Shown piece after piece: positions 28,596 to 37,960 of a stretch of 64,000 nt of DNA (its first letter is position 1; every line of letters starts with the position of its first letter). The notes under the pieces were generated by a model that searched no databases, was not told where the DNA came from, and was given only the letters and a program-made list of their open reading frames with translations. Origin of the DNA: Candidatus Kaiserbacteria bacterium (GTDB lineage: Bacteria > Patescibacteriota > Minisyncoccia > Phycocordibacterales > UBA2100). The position numbers and the translations under genes are program-made. Location of the stretch: the NCBI GenBank assembly GCA_016217965.1, contig JACRFI010000009.1, forward strand, positions 3,144 through 67,143, given 5' to 3'.

Positions 28596-29725
28596 AGATC
28601 TACCCTACGGCGCGGCCATATATTGGAGTACGTGAAGAAAGATATGTGCTTCAGGCACTTCGCTCCGGAGTTCTCAGCATTGGGCCGTTCATCGAAAGAT
28701 TCGAGAAAGCGTTCGCAAAACGCTACGGCGTAAAATATGCCTGCGCGGTTTCGAGCGGTACGGCAGCTCTCCACCTCGCGCTCCTTGCGGCAGGAATACG
28801 TGAAGGCGACGAAGTGATCACGTCCCCGTATTCATTCGTTGCCTCCGCAAACGCGATCCTCTACGTCGGCGCAAAGCCGATATTCGCCGATATAGATGCG
28901 CGAACCTACAACATCGATCCGCGCGATATCGAAAGGCGAATTACGAAAAAAACAAAAGCCATTATGCCGATCCACATTTTCGGCCAACCCGCAGACATGT
29001 CAGCTATTATGAGGATCGCAAAGAAGCATAAGCTCCTCGTCATCGAGGACGCGTGCGAATCACTGCTATCAGAATGGAAAGGAAAGAAGGTAGGAACGTT
29101 CGGAAAAGCCGGCACATTCGCATTTTATCCGAACAAACAAATGACGACCGGAGAGGGTGGCATGATCGTGACGAACGACGCGTCTATGGATGCGCTGTGC
29201 CGTAGTATGCGCAATCAGGGGCGTGGGGAGGATGCGGCTTGGCTTGACCACCCGCGCCTCGGATTCAACTACCGCATGGATGAACTCTCAGCTGCTGTGG
29301 GGTTAGCCCAAATAGAGAATATACACTTCCTTCTGAAGGAGCGCGCAAAGATTGCCGCGTGGTATACCGAATTCTTCAAGGCGCTTGCTGATGATATCGA
29401 CGTGCCGTATATTGCGCCGCACGCCTCGCATACCTGGTTTGTATACGTGCTTCGCCTCAAGAATGGAGGCATAGACCGCGATGCATTCATTCAGGACTTA
29501 GCCCGTAGGGGCGTGCGATGCCGGCCGTATTTGCCTTCGATCCACCTCTTTCAGTTCTATCGAAAGAGATTCGGTTTTGCAAAAGGCGACTTGCCTGTTT
29601 CAGAAGCAGTAAGCGCGGGGACATTTGCGATCCCCTTTTACATCGGGCTCAAAAAGAGCGATGTACGCAGCATCGTACGGACCATAGAGCAAACACTTGC
29701 GATCCATGAAAAAAAACACGTTTAA
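28592..29725 (+). CDS. DegT/DnrJ sugar aminotransferase
   Basis: SSGTAALH, IEDAC, FYPNKQMTTGEGG, GFNYRM. Confidence 0.93.
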   Translation: MKIYPTARPYIGVREERYVLQALRSGVLSIGPFIERFEKAFAKRYGVKYACAVSSGTAALHLALLAAGIREGDEVITSPYSFVASANAILYVGAKPIFADIDARTYNIDPRDIERRITKKTKAIMPIHIFGQPADMSAIMRIAKKHKLLVIEDACESLLSEWKGKKVGTFGKAGTFAFYPNKQMTTGEGGMIVTNDASMDALCRSMRNQGRGEDAAWLDHPRLGFNYRMDELSAAVGLAQIENIHFLLKERAKIAAWYTEFFKALADDIDVPYIAPHASHTWFVYVLRLKNGGIDRDAFIQDLARRGVRCRPYLPSIHLFQFYRKRFGFAKGDLPVSEAVSAGTFAIPFYIGLKKSDVRSIVRTIEQTLAIHEKKHV

Positions 29726-30662
29726 AAACAAAACAGTGGTGGTGACGGGAGGCACGGGAAGTGTCGGCAGTGAAATAGTGCGCCAACTTTTGAGGACAAA
29801 CGTCCGGCAGGTGCGCATCTTTAGCCGCGACGAGCACAAACAGCACGAGTTGAAACATGAGATAGGCGGCGACAAACGAGTTCGATTCCTCATCGGCGAC
29901 GTTCGAGACAAAGAACGAATGGACTTTGCATTCAAAGGCGTCGACATCTGCTTCCATGCTGCAGCCCTAAAACACCTGCCAATGTGCGAGTACAACCCGT
30001 TCGAAGCAGTAAAAACCAACATCATCGGTACGCAGAACGTGATAGAAGTTGCCATTCGCAATAATGTCGAGAAGGTACTGGCGATCTCCACCGATAAGGC
30101 AGCGGACCCGGCATCAGTCCTCGGCGCGTCAAAACTGATGATGGAGCGCCTCGTTACAGCCGCGAACGCCACAGTCGGAAAAACCCGCACGCGATTCGCG
30201 TCGGTGCGGTTCGGGAACGTCCTCAATTCCCGCGGCTCGGTCGTACCTATTTGGCATAAGCAACTTGAAGCGGGAAAGAATATCACCGTAACCGACCCGA
30301 GCGCCACGCGCTTTCTCATGGAAATATCGGATGCGGCTGGACTCGTATTCCAGGCACTCGACGTCATGCGTGGCGGAGAAATATTCGTGCTCAAGATGAA
30401 GCCGGCAGCACGCATCATTGATCTTGCAAAAGAGTTCTTGAAGAAGCATCCAAAAGGCGCCAAGAGAAAGATCGATATCATCGGCCTCCGCCCCGGCGAG
30501 AAACTGCACGAAGTCTTGATGACGGAAGATGAATCGGGACACGCCGTTGAGATCAAGGGGATGTTCGTCATTTTGCCGCAAAGCGCGGATCCCCACAGCA
30601 TGCCGAAACTAGACTACAAAAAAGCGAAACGCGCGCCCCGTGGCGCATATAAGTCTAACTAG
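29706..30662 (+). CDS. NDP-GlcNAc 4,6-dehydratase (PseB/CapD-like)
   Basis: TGGTGSVG, HAAALKH, ISTDKA, VRFGNVLNSRGSV, GLRPGEKLHE. Confidence 0.9.
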   Translation: MKKNTFKNKTVVVTGGTGSVGSEIVRQLLRTNVRQVRIFSRDEHKQHELKHEIGGDKRVRFLIGDVRDKERMDFAFKGVDICFHAAALKHLPMCEYNPFEAVKTNIIGTQNVIEVAIRNNVEKVLAISTDKAADPASVLGASKLMMERLVTAANATVGKTRTRFASVRFGNVLNSRGSVVPIWHKQLEAGKNITVTDPSATRFLMEISDAAGLVFQALDVMRGGEIFVLKMKPAARIIDLAKEFLKKHPKGAKRKIDIIGLRPGEKLHEVLMTEDESGHAVEIKGMFVILPQSADPHSMPKLDYKKAKRAPRGAYKSN

Positions 30663-31534
30663 AGCGCACTCCATTTTGAGGGATCAACAACCTCCTCGGG
30701 AACACTTACAAATTCCCTCTCAAGATCGTTCATCCATTGCTCCCCGTGGAGCGTATGGACAGATGCAAGGATCTCTCCGAGCTCTCGTAGGCTCTGCACG
30801 CCAAAGACAACATGTTGTATCCTCTCGCGGGAGAGCGCGTATTGAAATGCAGCCGAAAGTGGCGTGAGGCCAGCACTCTTTGCTATGTCATGAAATCGCT
30901 CGATGAAGGGGCGGGCAAGCGATACGCGTGCCGGAATTTTCTCTTTGTCCATGGCAAGTAACCCTTGAAGAAGCACGCTGCGTGCAAATACTCGCGCGTG
31001 AGTGATGGCTGCTTCTTTGAAAAAACCCGCCGTATCGAGCCTTCTATCGAGTGCGTTGTACGGGACCTGGATGTATTCAAGTCCTGCTCGTGCCGCATGA
31101 AGTGCATCCCTTACTTGATAGATCGAAACGCCGACATGCCGGGTAAGCTCTGCTCGCCGTACACTCTCAAGGGCTTCGATAGTGCCAGCGTCATACATGC
31201 TCTCTGGTGCGTGCAAAAGATATCCATCTAAGACTTCTATACGAAGCCGCTTGAGAGACGCTTCGAGCTCTGAACGGATCTGAGACGCAGCTGACGCAGC
31301 GCGCAATTTGGAAATGACAAACACTACATCCTTGAGGCGGCGGCTCTCGATCCACTCGCCGAGCACGCTCTCCGCCTCCCCATATGAGGCTGCCGTATCG
31401 AATGTGTTGATGCCGCCATCATATGCCGCATCCAAAATTAGAAACGCGTCCTCTTTTGTCGGCTGCGCATTGCCCGAAACCCCATACGGCATTCCAAGCT
31501 GCACCGTCCCAAGAACAAGCCGCGAGCGCTCCAT
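30659..31534 (-). CDS. Aldo/keto reductase
   Basis: LGTVQLGMPYG, FDTAASYG, GVSIY, ARSVLLQGLL. Confidence 0.9.
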   Translation of the reverse strand: MERSRLVLGTVQLGMPYGVSGNAQPTKEDAFLILDAAYDGGINTFDTAASYGEAESVLGEWIESRRLKDVVFVISKLRAASAASQIRSELEASLKRLRIEVLDGYLLHAPESMYDAGTIEALESVRRAELTRHVGVSIYQVRDALHAARAGLEYIQVPYNALDRRLDTAGFFKEAAITHARVFARSVLLQGLLAMDKEKIPARVSLARPFIERFHDIAKSAGLTPLSAAFQYALSRERIQHVVFGVQSLRELGEILASVHTLHGEQWMNDLEREFVSVPEEVVDPSKWSAL

Positions 31535-31543
31535 TTTGGAACT

Positions 31544-31608
31544 ATACCCCATGAGATATGCGTGCGCTCCGTTGATGTGAGGTGATAACCATCTATCTCA
31601 CAGGGTAT
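31544..31608. repeat. TACCCCRTGAGATA-family inverted-repeat element
   Basis: ATACCCCATGAGATA / TATCTCACAGGGTAT; 31543-31559 is identical to 15296-15312. Confidence 0.75.
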
Positions 31609-32177
31609 GCTACAGGCCGCAGGATCCATTCGGTTGCATCCAAAATATCGGCAGCGACGTACGAGGGCTTAAAGTCCTCTTTCCATGTCTTCCATTCCTT
31701 GTCGCCATAGCCCGTTTTAACCAAAATTGTCGTGCATCCTACCGACACGCCGGCAGCGATGTCACTCACTTTGTCGCCCACGAGGGCGCAGCGCCTTAGG
31801 TCTAGATGCATGTCCTTTGCCGCCCTGTGCAAGAGCCCGGGTTTCGGTTTTCTGCAATCGCAGTCGACGAGGTATTCATTCTTGCCATGTTCCGGATGGT
31901 GCGGGCAATGGTAGTAGCGATCGATATGCGCGCCTTCTTTCTCTAGCTCTTTCGAGAGTGCTGTATGAAGAACGTGTATCTGTGATTCAGGATAGTAGCC
32001 TCGCGCCACGCCCGCCTGATTTGTAATGACAACAACAGGAATATGCCTCTCGTTCAACAAACGTACCGCGCGTACAACACCCGGTATGAGCACCAGATCT
32101 TTTGGATCGTGAAGATACTCGACTTCTTCATTGATGACGCCGTCTCGATCGAGAAAGACAACATCGATTGTATTCAT
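31593..32177 (-). CDS. gmhB: D-glycero-D-manno-heptose-1,7-bisphosphate phosphatase
   Basis: FLDRDGVIN, TNQAG, CPHHP, CDCRKPKPG, GDK. Confidence 0.92.
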   Translation of the reverse strand: MNTIDVVFLDRDGVINEEVEYLHDPKDLVLIPGVVRAVRLLNERHIPVVVITNQAGVARGYYPESQIHVLHTALSKELEKEGAHIDRYYHCPHHPEHGKNEYLVDCDCRKPKPGLLHRAAKDMHLDLRRCALVGDKVSDIAAGVSVGCTTILVKTGYGDKEWKTWKEDFKPSYVAADILDATEWILRPVAYPVR

Positions 32178-32185
32178 ACCAATAT

Positions 32186-32271
32186 TACGAAACTCGTCGA
32201 AGGCACACGTATTTTTGGCGGTATGAGCAACTCCTCCGTCAAAAATACGTGTGCCGAGAAAGAGTTTCGTA
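32186..32271. mobile_element. MITE/REPIN-like nested inverted-repeat element
   Basis: TACGAAACTC/GAGTTTCGTA outer arms; 20-bp inner arms at 32202-32221 and 32236-32255. Confidence 0.65.
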
Positions 32272-32278
32272 GTTCATA

Positions 32279-33559
32279 TTACTCCGCCCCTATCACTTCC
32301 ACCCGAGGCAGCGGCATGATGAATTTCCCGCCTGATTGCAAGAATTCTTTTTCCCGCTCCTTAAATTCCTCCAGGAAATGCCACGGTAAGAGGAGGAAAT
32401 AATCGGGCTTCTCCTTGCGTGCCTGCTCTTCGGAGATGATTGGAATATGGGAGCCGACGGTCTTCAGCCCCCATTTGTCCGGATTTCTCTCTGCGGCAGC
32501 CTTGATAGTAGGATAGCCCAAATTGCAGAACTGCAATGTGGTATTGCCTTTTGTTGATGCGCCATACACATACACTGTTTTCCCTTTCGCGACCTCACCT
32601 TTCACGAGAGAAACAAGCTGGTCCTTTAAAGACTCTGCGCGTGCGGCAAATTCATCGTAGATCTTTTTCTCGTACAGACCTAGGTTTTTTTCGTCGTCCC
32701 GCATCTTTTGCACACGCTCCTTAGCACCTGAGGCAAGTTGTATGCTCTTCCCTTTCCCTTTGTGCCGTGCGTATACGCGAAAACTGCCGCCGTTTATCTC
32801 ATTCAGTTCCGCATCGCATATTTCGAGGCCATTTTTCTCGAAAAGATATTCCAAGGGGCCAAGCGCATAGTACTCAAGGTGCTCGTGGCCGATATTGTCG
32901 TAATCAGTCTGCGTAAGCATCGACGGCAGATACATTTGCTGCACGATGAAAACTCCTTCGTCATCCAGGCACTCTTTAATATCTTTCATGAACGCATTCG
33001 GGTCTTCGAGATCATAGAACATCGCAATTGCAGTGATTGCTTTCGCCTTTTTCTCTCCAAATTCCTCTTTCCACGCTTTCGCATTGAAGTAATCGTTAAT
33101 GAGATGAATGCCAGGATCGTTGATATATTCCACGATATTCTTTGAAGGCTCGTAGGCAACTCGCTCCAACCCTTCGACTGCGTAGCTCTTCAAGAGCGTT
33201 CCGTCGTTAGCCCCGATATCGATCACATAGTCACCTGCCTTGAGGCCAGCAAGTCCTGTGGCTTTGCGCGCGATACCCTGAAGCTCTTCGGTCATCGTTC
33301 TGTTGACCCCGGACCGGTACCAATACTGTCTATAGAGCGCATCATGCGAGAGCGTGTGCTTCAGCTGCAATAGCCCGCACCCACCTTTCGATTTGTCGCA
33401 GAGGACAAGTTCGAGCGGATATTTCCCCCACTCTTTCTCGATCGCCTCATCCTTGATGAAATCAGAAACATACACTTCTCCGAGTGAGAGAATCGGGATC
33501 AAGGGCGATGTGCCGCACACGCGGCATGATTCTCGTACGGCAATGACTTCTTGTTTCAT
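32279..33559 (-). CDS. NDP-sugar C-methyltransferase
   Basis: CRVCG, DIGANDG, AMFYDL, HEHLEYY, YGASTKGN, LLPWHF. Confidence 0.9.
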   Translation of the reverse strand: MKQEVIAVRESCRVCGTSPLIPILSLGEVYVSDFIKDEAIEKEWGKYPLELVLCDKSKGGCGLLQLKHTLSHDALYRQYWYRSGVNRTMTEELQGIARKATGLAGLKAGDYVIDIGANDGTLLKSYAVEGLERVAYEPSKNIVEYINDPGIHLINDYFNAKAWKEEFGEKKAKAITAIAMFYDLEDPNAFMKDIKECLDDEGVFIVQQMYLPSMLTQTDYDNIGHEHLEYYALGPLEYLFEKNGLEICDAELNEINGGSFRVYARHKGKGKSIQLASGAKERVQKMRDDEKNLGLYEKKIYDEFAARAESLKDQLVSLVKGEVAKGKTVYVYGASTKGNTTLQFCNLGYPTIKAAAERNPDKWGLKTVGSHIPIISEEQARKEKPDYFLLLPWHFLEEFKEREKEFLQSGGKFIMPLPRVEVIGAE

Positions 33560-33562
33560 ACT

Positions 33563-34141
33563 CTATTTTCTTATGCCGGGCAGCGTGTCTAAATATTCGC
33601 ACCAGCCGTGATAAATAAGTTCGTGCATCTCTTGGATGCGCGCGGTTTCTTCCGAAGGAACCGCGACTACAAGATCTGCCGCGTCCGCGAGCGTCCCGCC
33701 CTTTGCTCCTGTGAGGACTATGGTAACGAGGCCTTTCTTGCGTGCCGCGCCCAAAGCGGCGAGCACATTCTTCGATCTCCCGCTGGTCGTGAGCGCGACG
33801 AGAATATCCCCCGTGGCGCCCAACGCGTCGACCTGACGAGCGAATACATCGTCAAAAGAATAATCATTTGCGATCGCCGTTAAGGCTCCAACAGGAAAAA
33901 GGAGCGATATCCCAGGAAGCGCCCTTCGATCGTCCTTGTATCTACATAGCAGTTCGCCGACGAAATGCTCTGCGTCGGCTGCGGATCCACCGTTCCCGCA
34001 CGCGAGTACCTTCTTGCCCTCTTTGAGCGCCGAAGCTAACATATCCGCGCCACGCGCTGCATGTTCGAGTATCGTGTCCGTCTTCAAAACCACGTCTTGG
34101 TGCCTCCTGAGAGCATCCTTTAATACATCTTCCGCTTTCAT
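33563..34141 (-). CDS. gmhA: Phosphoheptose isomerase
   Basis: CGNGGSAADAEH, TAIANDY, TSGRSKNV, TARIQEMH. Confidence 0.93.
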   Translation of the reverse strand: MKAEDVLKDALRRHQDVVLKTDTILEHAARGADMLASALKEGKKVLACGNGGSAADAEHFVGELLCRYKDDRRALPGISLLFPVGALTAIANDYSFDDVFARQVDALGATGDILVALTTSGRSKNVLAALGAARKKGLVTIVLTGAKGGTLADAADLVVAVPSEETARIQEMHELIYHGWCEYLDTLPGIRK

Positions 34142-34154
34142 CGTCTGTATCATA

Positions 34155-35165
34155 TCAGGCTTCGAAGACTTCGTACTTTTCAGAGGGTCTAGTAAAAATG
34201 ATCTGGCTCCCCTTTGTTTCAAACCGAAAAGGAACGCATAGAAGCTCCTTGAGCGCCGTACGGACTGCACTTCTTTTTTCTCTAGGAACAAAGAAAAGCA
34301 TAAATCCGCCGCCGCCTGCGCCAAGTATCTTTCCGCCAATAGCCCCTGCTGCTCGGCCTCTCTCGTAGATCGAATCAAGGTGATCATTCGTCACTACAGA
34401 GGAAAGTCCGCGCTTCAGCATCCATCCTTCGTGGAGAAGTTCGCCGAAGTCAGTGAGCCTCCCGCGAGGCTCCAAGATGCGCTTCCCCTCATCTACCATT
34501 GCCTGCATTCTTCGCAGCTCTGCTGCTTTCTTAGGGATTGCTTTAATTTGTTTCCCTGCGATGTCTGAAGCACGACGGGAAAATCCGGTAAAAAAGAGAA
34601 GAAGATGGTCCTCAAGATCGTGAACGCGTTTCTTTGAGATATCGATGGGCGATACTTTTATTCCACCCTTCCCGCCAAAAGTTATCTTGTTGAGGCCCCC
34701 GAACGCTGCCGCCACTTGGTCCTGAGAGCCTACGTTCTCTTTGATGCGCTTCTGCTCTACATAGATGGCATCGTCGGCAAGCTTTTTCTTTGTAGTGTGC
34801 TCATCGCGGAGAGCTTGGAGCCCATGCAGAAGCCCTACAGTAAATGAAGAACTTGAGCCAAGTCCTGACATCGCAGGAAGATCGGCAGTATGCATGATTT
34901 CCACGCCGTCCTTAAAATGCAGAAACTTCAAGCTCTCTCGCACTGCTGGGTGCTCAATGTCGTCGTGTACTGTTGTATTTTCGTTTATCGCATATCGTAC
35001 CCTGTACCGATATTCAAAAAAAGGCGGAAAGTGGCGAAGTATAAGGTAACAGTACTTGTCGATAGATCCAGAGAGAACAGCTCCTCCATGGTTCTGGTAC
35101 CAGGCCGGGTAATCAGTCCCTCCTCCAAAAAAGGAAATACGAAACGGGGTACGCGTGATCACCAT
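34155..35165 (-). CDS. hddA: D-glycero-alpha-D-manno-heptose-7-phosphate kinase (GHMP family)
   Basis: TPFRISFFGGGTD, SGLGSSS, GSQDQ, GGKILGAGGGGF. Confidence 0.9.
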   Translation of the reverse strand: MVITRTPFRISFFGGGTDYPAWYQNHGGAVLSGSIDKYCYLILRHFPPFFEYRYRVRYAINENTTVHDDIEHPAVRESLKFLHFKDGVEIMHTADLPAMSGLGSSSSFTVGLLHGLQALRDEHTTKKKLADDAIYVEQKRIKENVGSQDQVAAAFGGLNKITFGGKGGIKVSPIDISKKRVHDLEDHLLLFFTGFSRRASDIAGKQIKAIPKKAAELRRMQAMVDEGKRILEPRGRLTDFGELLHEGWMLKRGLSSVVTNDHLDSIYERGRAAGAIGGKILGAGGGGFMLFFVPREKRSAVRTALKELLCVPFRFETKGSQIIFTRPSEKYEVFEA

Positions 35166-35168
35166 AGG

Positions 35169-36176
35169 TCAATCGCGCGTGAAGTGGTCACGCCAATAGT
35201 TGAGCGTATCTTCAATTGTCTTTGAGAAAGGAATGGTTGATTTCCAGCCGGTCGCCTTTTCAAATTTCTTGTTGGAAGGAATCTGGAGCGTAACGTCGGA
35301 CGGGCGCAGCCGGGCAGGATCAACTTGCACTTTGATGTTCTTAACCTTTGAGAGCGCAAGTAATTTTTTTACCATTTCGCCTATGGTCATCGTCTCGTTG
35401 CCTCCGATGTTATACACCTCGCCTGGTGGACACGTGTGCACCATTGTCCAATATGCCTCGACAGCGTTTCGCACGTCCATGAATGTCCGGATACTGTCCA
35501 GATTCCCGACTTTAAGGACCGGCTTCTGCTTGCCCGCTTCGATCGCTGCTACTTGCTTCGCGAAATTTGAGAGCGCGAACACTTCTCCGCGACGCGGACC
35601 AGTGTGTGTGAACATCCGCGTGCGGATCGTCTTTATCTTCCAGGATAACCAGTACTGCAGTCCTAACATATCCTCCGCAACCTTCGAGACTGCATAGGGA
35701 GAGGCAGGACGGAAAGAATTGTTTTCTGTAATGGGAACCTCGTCCTTCCGCACTTGGCCGTACACTTCGGAAGAAGAGCAAATATGGATTGTGGGATCGT
35801 ACCAAGTCTCAGCTTTTAATGCCCGCACTGCCTCAAGGAGTGTTGCGGTGCCGATGACATTTGTTTGGAGTGTTGCAAGAGGCGCAGCAAAGCTAAAGTC
35901 CACATATGATTGTGCCGCGAGATGAAAAATAAATTCCGGCCTATGTTTTGCGAGCACTGCATGAACTGACGGAAAATCGGTAAGGTCCCCGTACTCGATG
36001 GTGACTTTATCGAGGATATGTTTGATGTTGTCCTTGGGCGATCTCCAACGCGCAAAACCTACAATGGTATATTCCGGCGCCTTCGCGAGAATATAGTCCG
36101 CTAAATGGCTGCCCACAAATCCTGTGAGCCCTGTTATCACGACCGTACGCTTCTTGCTACCTGCCTTTTTACGCAT
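35169..36176 (-). CDS. GDP-mannose/GDP-heptose 4,6-dehydratase (Gmd/DmhA-like)
   Basis: GLTGFVG, HLAAQSYV, SSSEVYG, SPYAVSK, FTHTGPRRG, GNLDSIR. Confidence 0.88.
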   Translation of the reverse strand: MRKKAGSKKRTVVITGLTGFVGSHLADYILAKAPEYTIVGFARWRSPKDNIKHILDKVTIEYGDLTDFPSVHAVLAKHRPEFIFHLAAQSYVDFSFAAPLATLQTNVIGTATLLEAVRALKAETWYDPTIHICSSSEVYGQVRKDEVPITENNSFRPASPYAVSKVAEDMLGLQYWLSWKIKTIRTRMFTHTGPRRGEVFALSNFAKQVAAIEAGKQKPVLKVGNLDSIRTFMDVRNAVEAYWTMVHTCPPGEVYNIGGNETMTIGEMVKKLLALSKVKNIKVQVDPARLRPSDVTLQIPSNKKFEKATGWKSTIPFSKTIEDTLNYWRDHFTRD

Positions 36177-36209
36177 CGCCCACACTATACATACGATGGC
36201 ATGTTCTGT

Positions 36210-37121
36210 CTAAACATGCCTTTCGTGCCACGCAATCGTCGCGCGAAGGCCTGTTTCGAGATCAACAAGCGGAGTCCATCCAAGTTCCTTTTTTGCGCGG
36301 CGTATGTCCGCAACGACCCTATCAGGCCGCTCTGCAACACTTTCAAATTGCATCACCCCCTCATACCCAATGATCTTACCGATAAGAAGCGCAAGGTCAC
36401 GGATGGAGACTTCAATCCCTGAGGCTATATTAAGCGGCGTATCGGAATCGTAGCTCTCAGCTGCAGCAAGGATAGCCCTTGCCGCGTCTTCAACGAAGAG
36501 AAAATCTCGCGTTGACGCACCCCCTTGTTCGAGGAGTTGCGGCTTGTCCTCACGTTTTGCGGCTGCGATTTTCTTTATGAGTTTGGGGATCACGAAATCA
36601 TCCCTCTCTCCTGGGCCATACATGCTTGCAAGGAGTAGATGTGCGCTCTCTAATCCCTGCGCGCGTTGCTTTTTCGCTTCGAGAAGGATTTCCCGTTTCG
36701 CGCGGGCATATGCCGCGTGCTGGGGCTTTGGGTCTCCGCTCCACAAAGAATCTTCAGAGAGGGGCAACGCAGCATCCATCCCGTACTCTGTAAGGCTCCC
36801 TGCCATAACAAACTTCTCGGCTCCGCTTTCCCGCGCAGCACCGAGCATATTCATTCCCATCAGAAAATTGTCTTCATAGATGCGATTGGCGTTATCGCGA
36901 TGAAAAAGAATGCCACCTGTAATGCCGGCAAGATGAATAATGATGTGCGCTCCGCGAACCGCTTCCCTCGCTGCTTCTTTTGTCCGCAGGTCTCCTTTCT
37001 CACTCGAGTGCAATGCGATATTTTTTTCAGGAACGCCAATGGACTGCAAGCGCGCACATACGGCACGCCCTACAAATCCGCGTGCGCCTGTGAGGAGGAT
37101 TTTTTTATCACGCAGTTCCAT
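36210..37121 (-). CDS. GDP-fucose-synthase-like epimerase/reductase
   Basis: GARGFVG, HLAGITGGI, YARAK, TRDFLFV. Confidence 0.8.
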   Translation of the reverse strand: MELRDKKILLTGARGFVGRAVCARLQSIGVPEKNIALHSSEKGDLRTKEAAREAVRGAHIIIHLAGITGGILFHRDNANRIYEDNFLMGMNMLGAARESGAEKFVMAGSLTEYGMDAALPLSEDSLWSGDPKPQHAAYARAKREILLEAKKQRAQGLESAHLLLASMYGPGERDDFVIPKLIKKIAAAKREDKPQLLEQGGASTRDFLFVEDAARAILAAAESYDSDTPLNIASGIEVSIRDLALLIGKIIGYEGVMQFESVAERPDRVVADIRRAKKELGWTPLVDLETGLRATIAWHERHV

Positions 37122-37131
37122 GTCTTCTATG

Positions 37132-37959
37132 CTATATAGCGCGGAGAAAATATCGTGCGAGTCCCACGAAACGCATCGTGCCGTGCAACATAAAGAATGG
37201 AGCCGCGTATGCTTTCCCCGCACGGATCGCTCTCCACGAATACAGAAAGGGATAACGGATAAGGAGATGGAAAAGCATCGACGGCGCCCGATTCGGGTGC
37301 TTTCTGCAAAATTCACCATCTCCTTTGCCGTACATCTGGAATTTCTTTAGGTAAATGCCAAGATCGGCAAAGTGGTGCTGGACCACTTTCGTTTTGCCCA
37401 CGCCAACTCGAAGTTCCGGAAATTTTGAGAGCCGATACATGAAATCGGTGTCATCAACGGTCGATGTTAGGCTGTCGTTAAATCGTACTTTTTTGAATAC
37501 GCTCTTTTTATAGATGGATGGCGCCGTGCTTATCATCGTTCGCGGCCCGGGCGCATTCTGCGTCAATTCCCACAACGCACCTTCTGCTCTGTGCCAATAT
37601 CCAGTATCAGAAGATGATACGAGGCCGGCCTGCACAATATCCAAATCGTATTCCACCATATCTTTGTACAACGCCTCCAAGTCCTCCTTTTTTAAGCGAT
37701 GGTCTCCATCGATCATCGCAACAAGCTCATTTCTAGCCGCATCAATACCGATCTGCCTATCGCGCGTGAGATTTGAGTTCTTGCTTACGATGGTGTGGAT
37801 GCCGGGGAATTCTCGCGCAATTGCAACCGTCTTGTCGGAAGAATTCCCATCAACAAGGATAACCTCGTCAGGGTTATTTGCATATACGCCAACGAGGCAA
37901 TCGCGTATGCGCTTCTCTTCATTGCGCACGCACACGACAACAGATAGTTTCTCTCCCAT
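37132..37959 (-). CDS. GT2 glycosyltransferase
   Basis: VVVCVRNEE, VDGNSSD, IDGD. Confidence 0.88.
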   Translation of the reverse strand: MGEKLSVVVCVRNEEKRIRDCLVGVYANNPDEVILVDGNSSDKTVAIAREFPGIHTIVSKNSNLTRDRQIGIDAARNELVAMIDGDHRLKKEDLEALYKDMVEYDLDIVQAGLVSSSDTGYWHRAEGALWELTQNAPGPRTMISTAPSIYKKSVFKKVRFNDSLTSTVDDTDFMYRLSKFPELRVGVGKTKVVQHHFADLGIYLKKFQMYGKGDGEFCRKHPNRAPSMLFHLLIRYPFLYSWRAIRAGKAYAAPFFMLHGTMRFVGLARYFLRAI

Positions 37960-37960
37960 A

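Noticed and set aside
29600-30601. 333-aa - strand ORF
   Set aside because: Antisense shadow of the dehydratase
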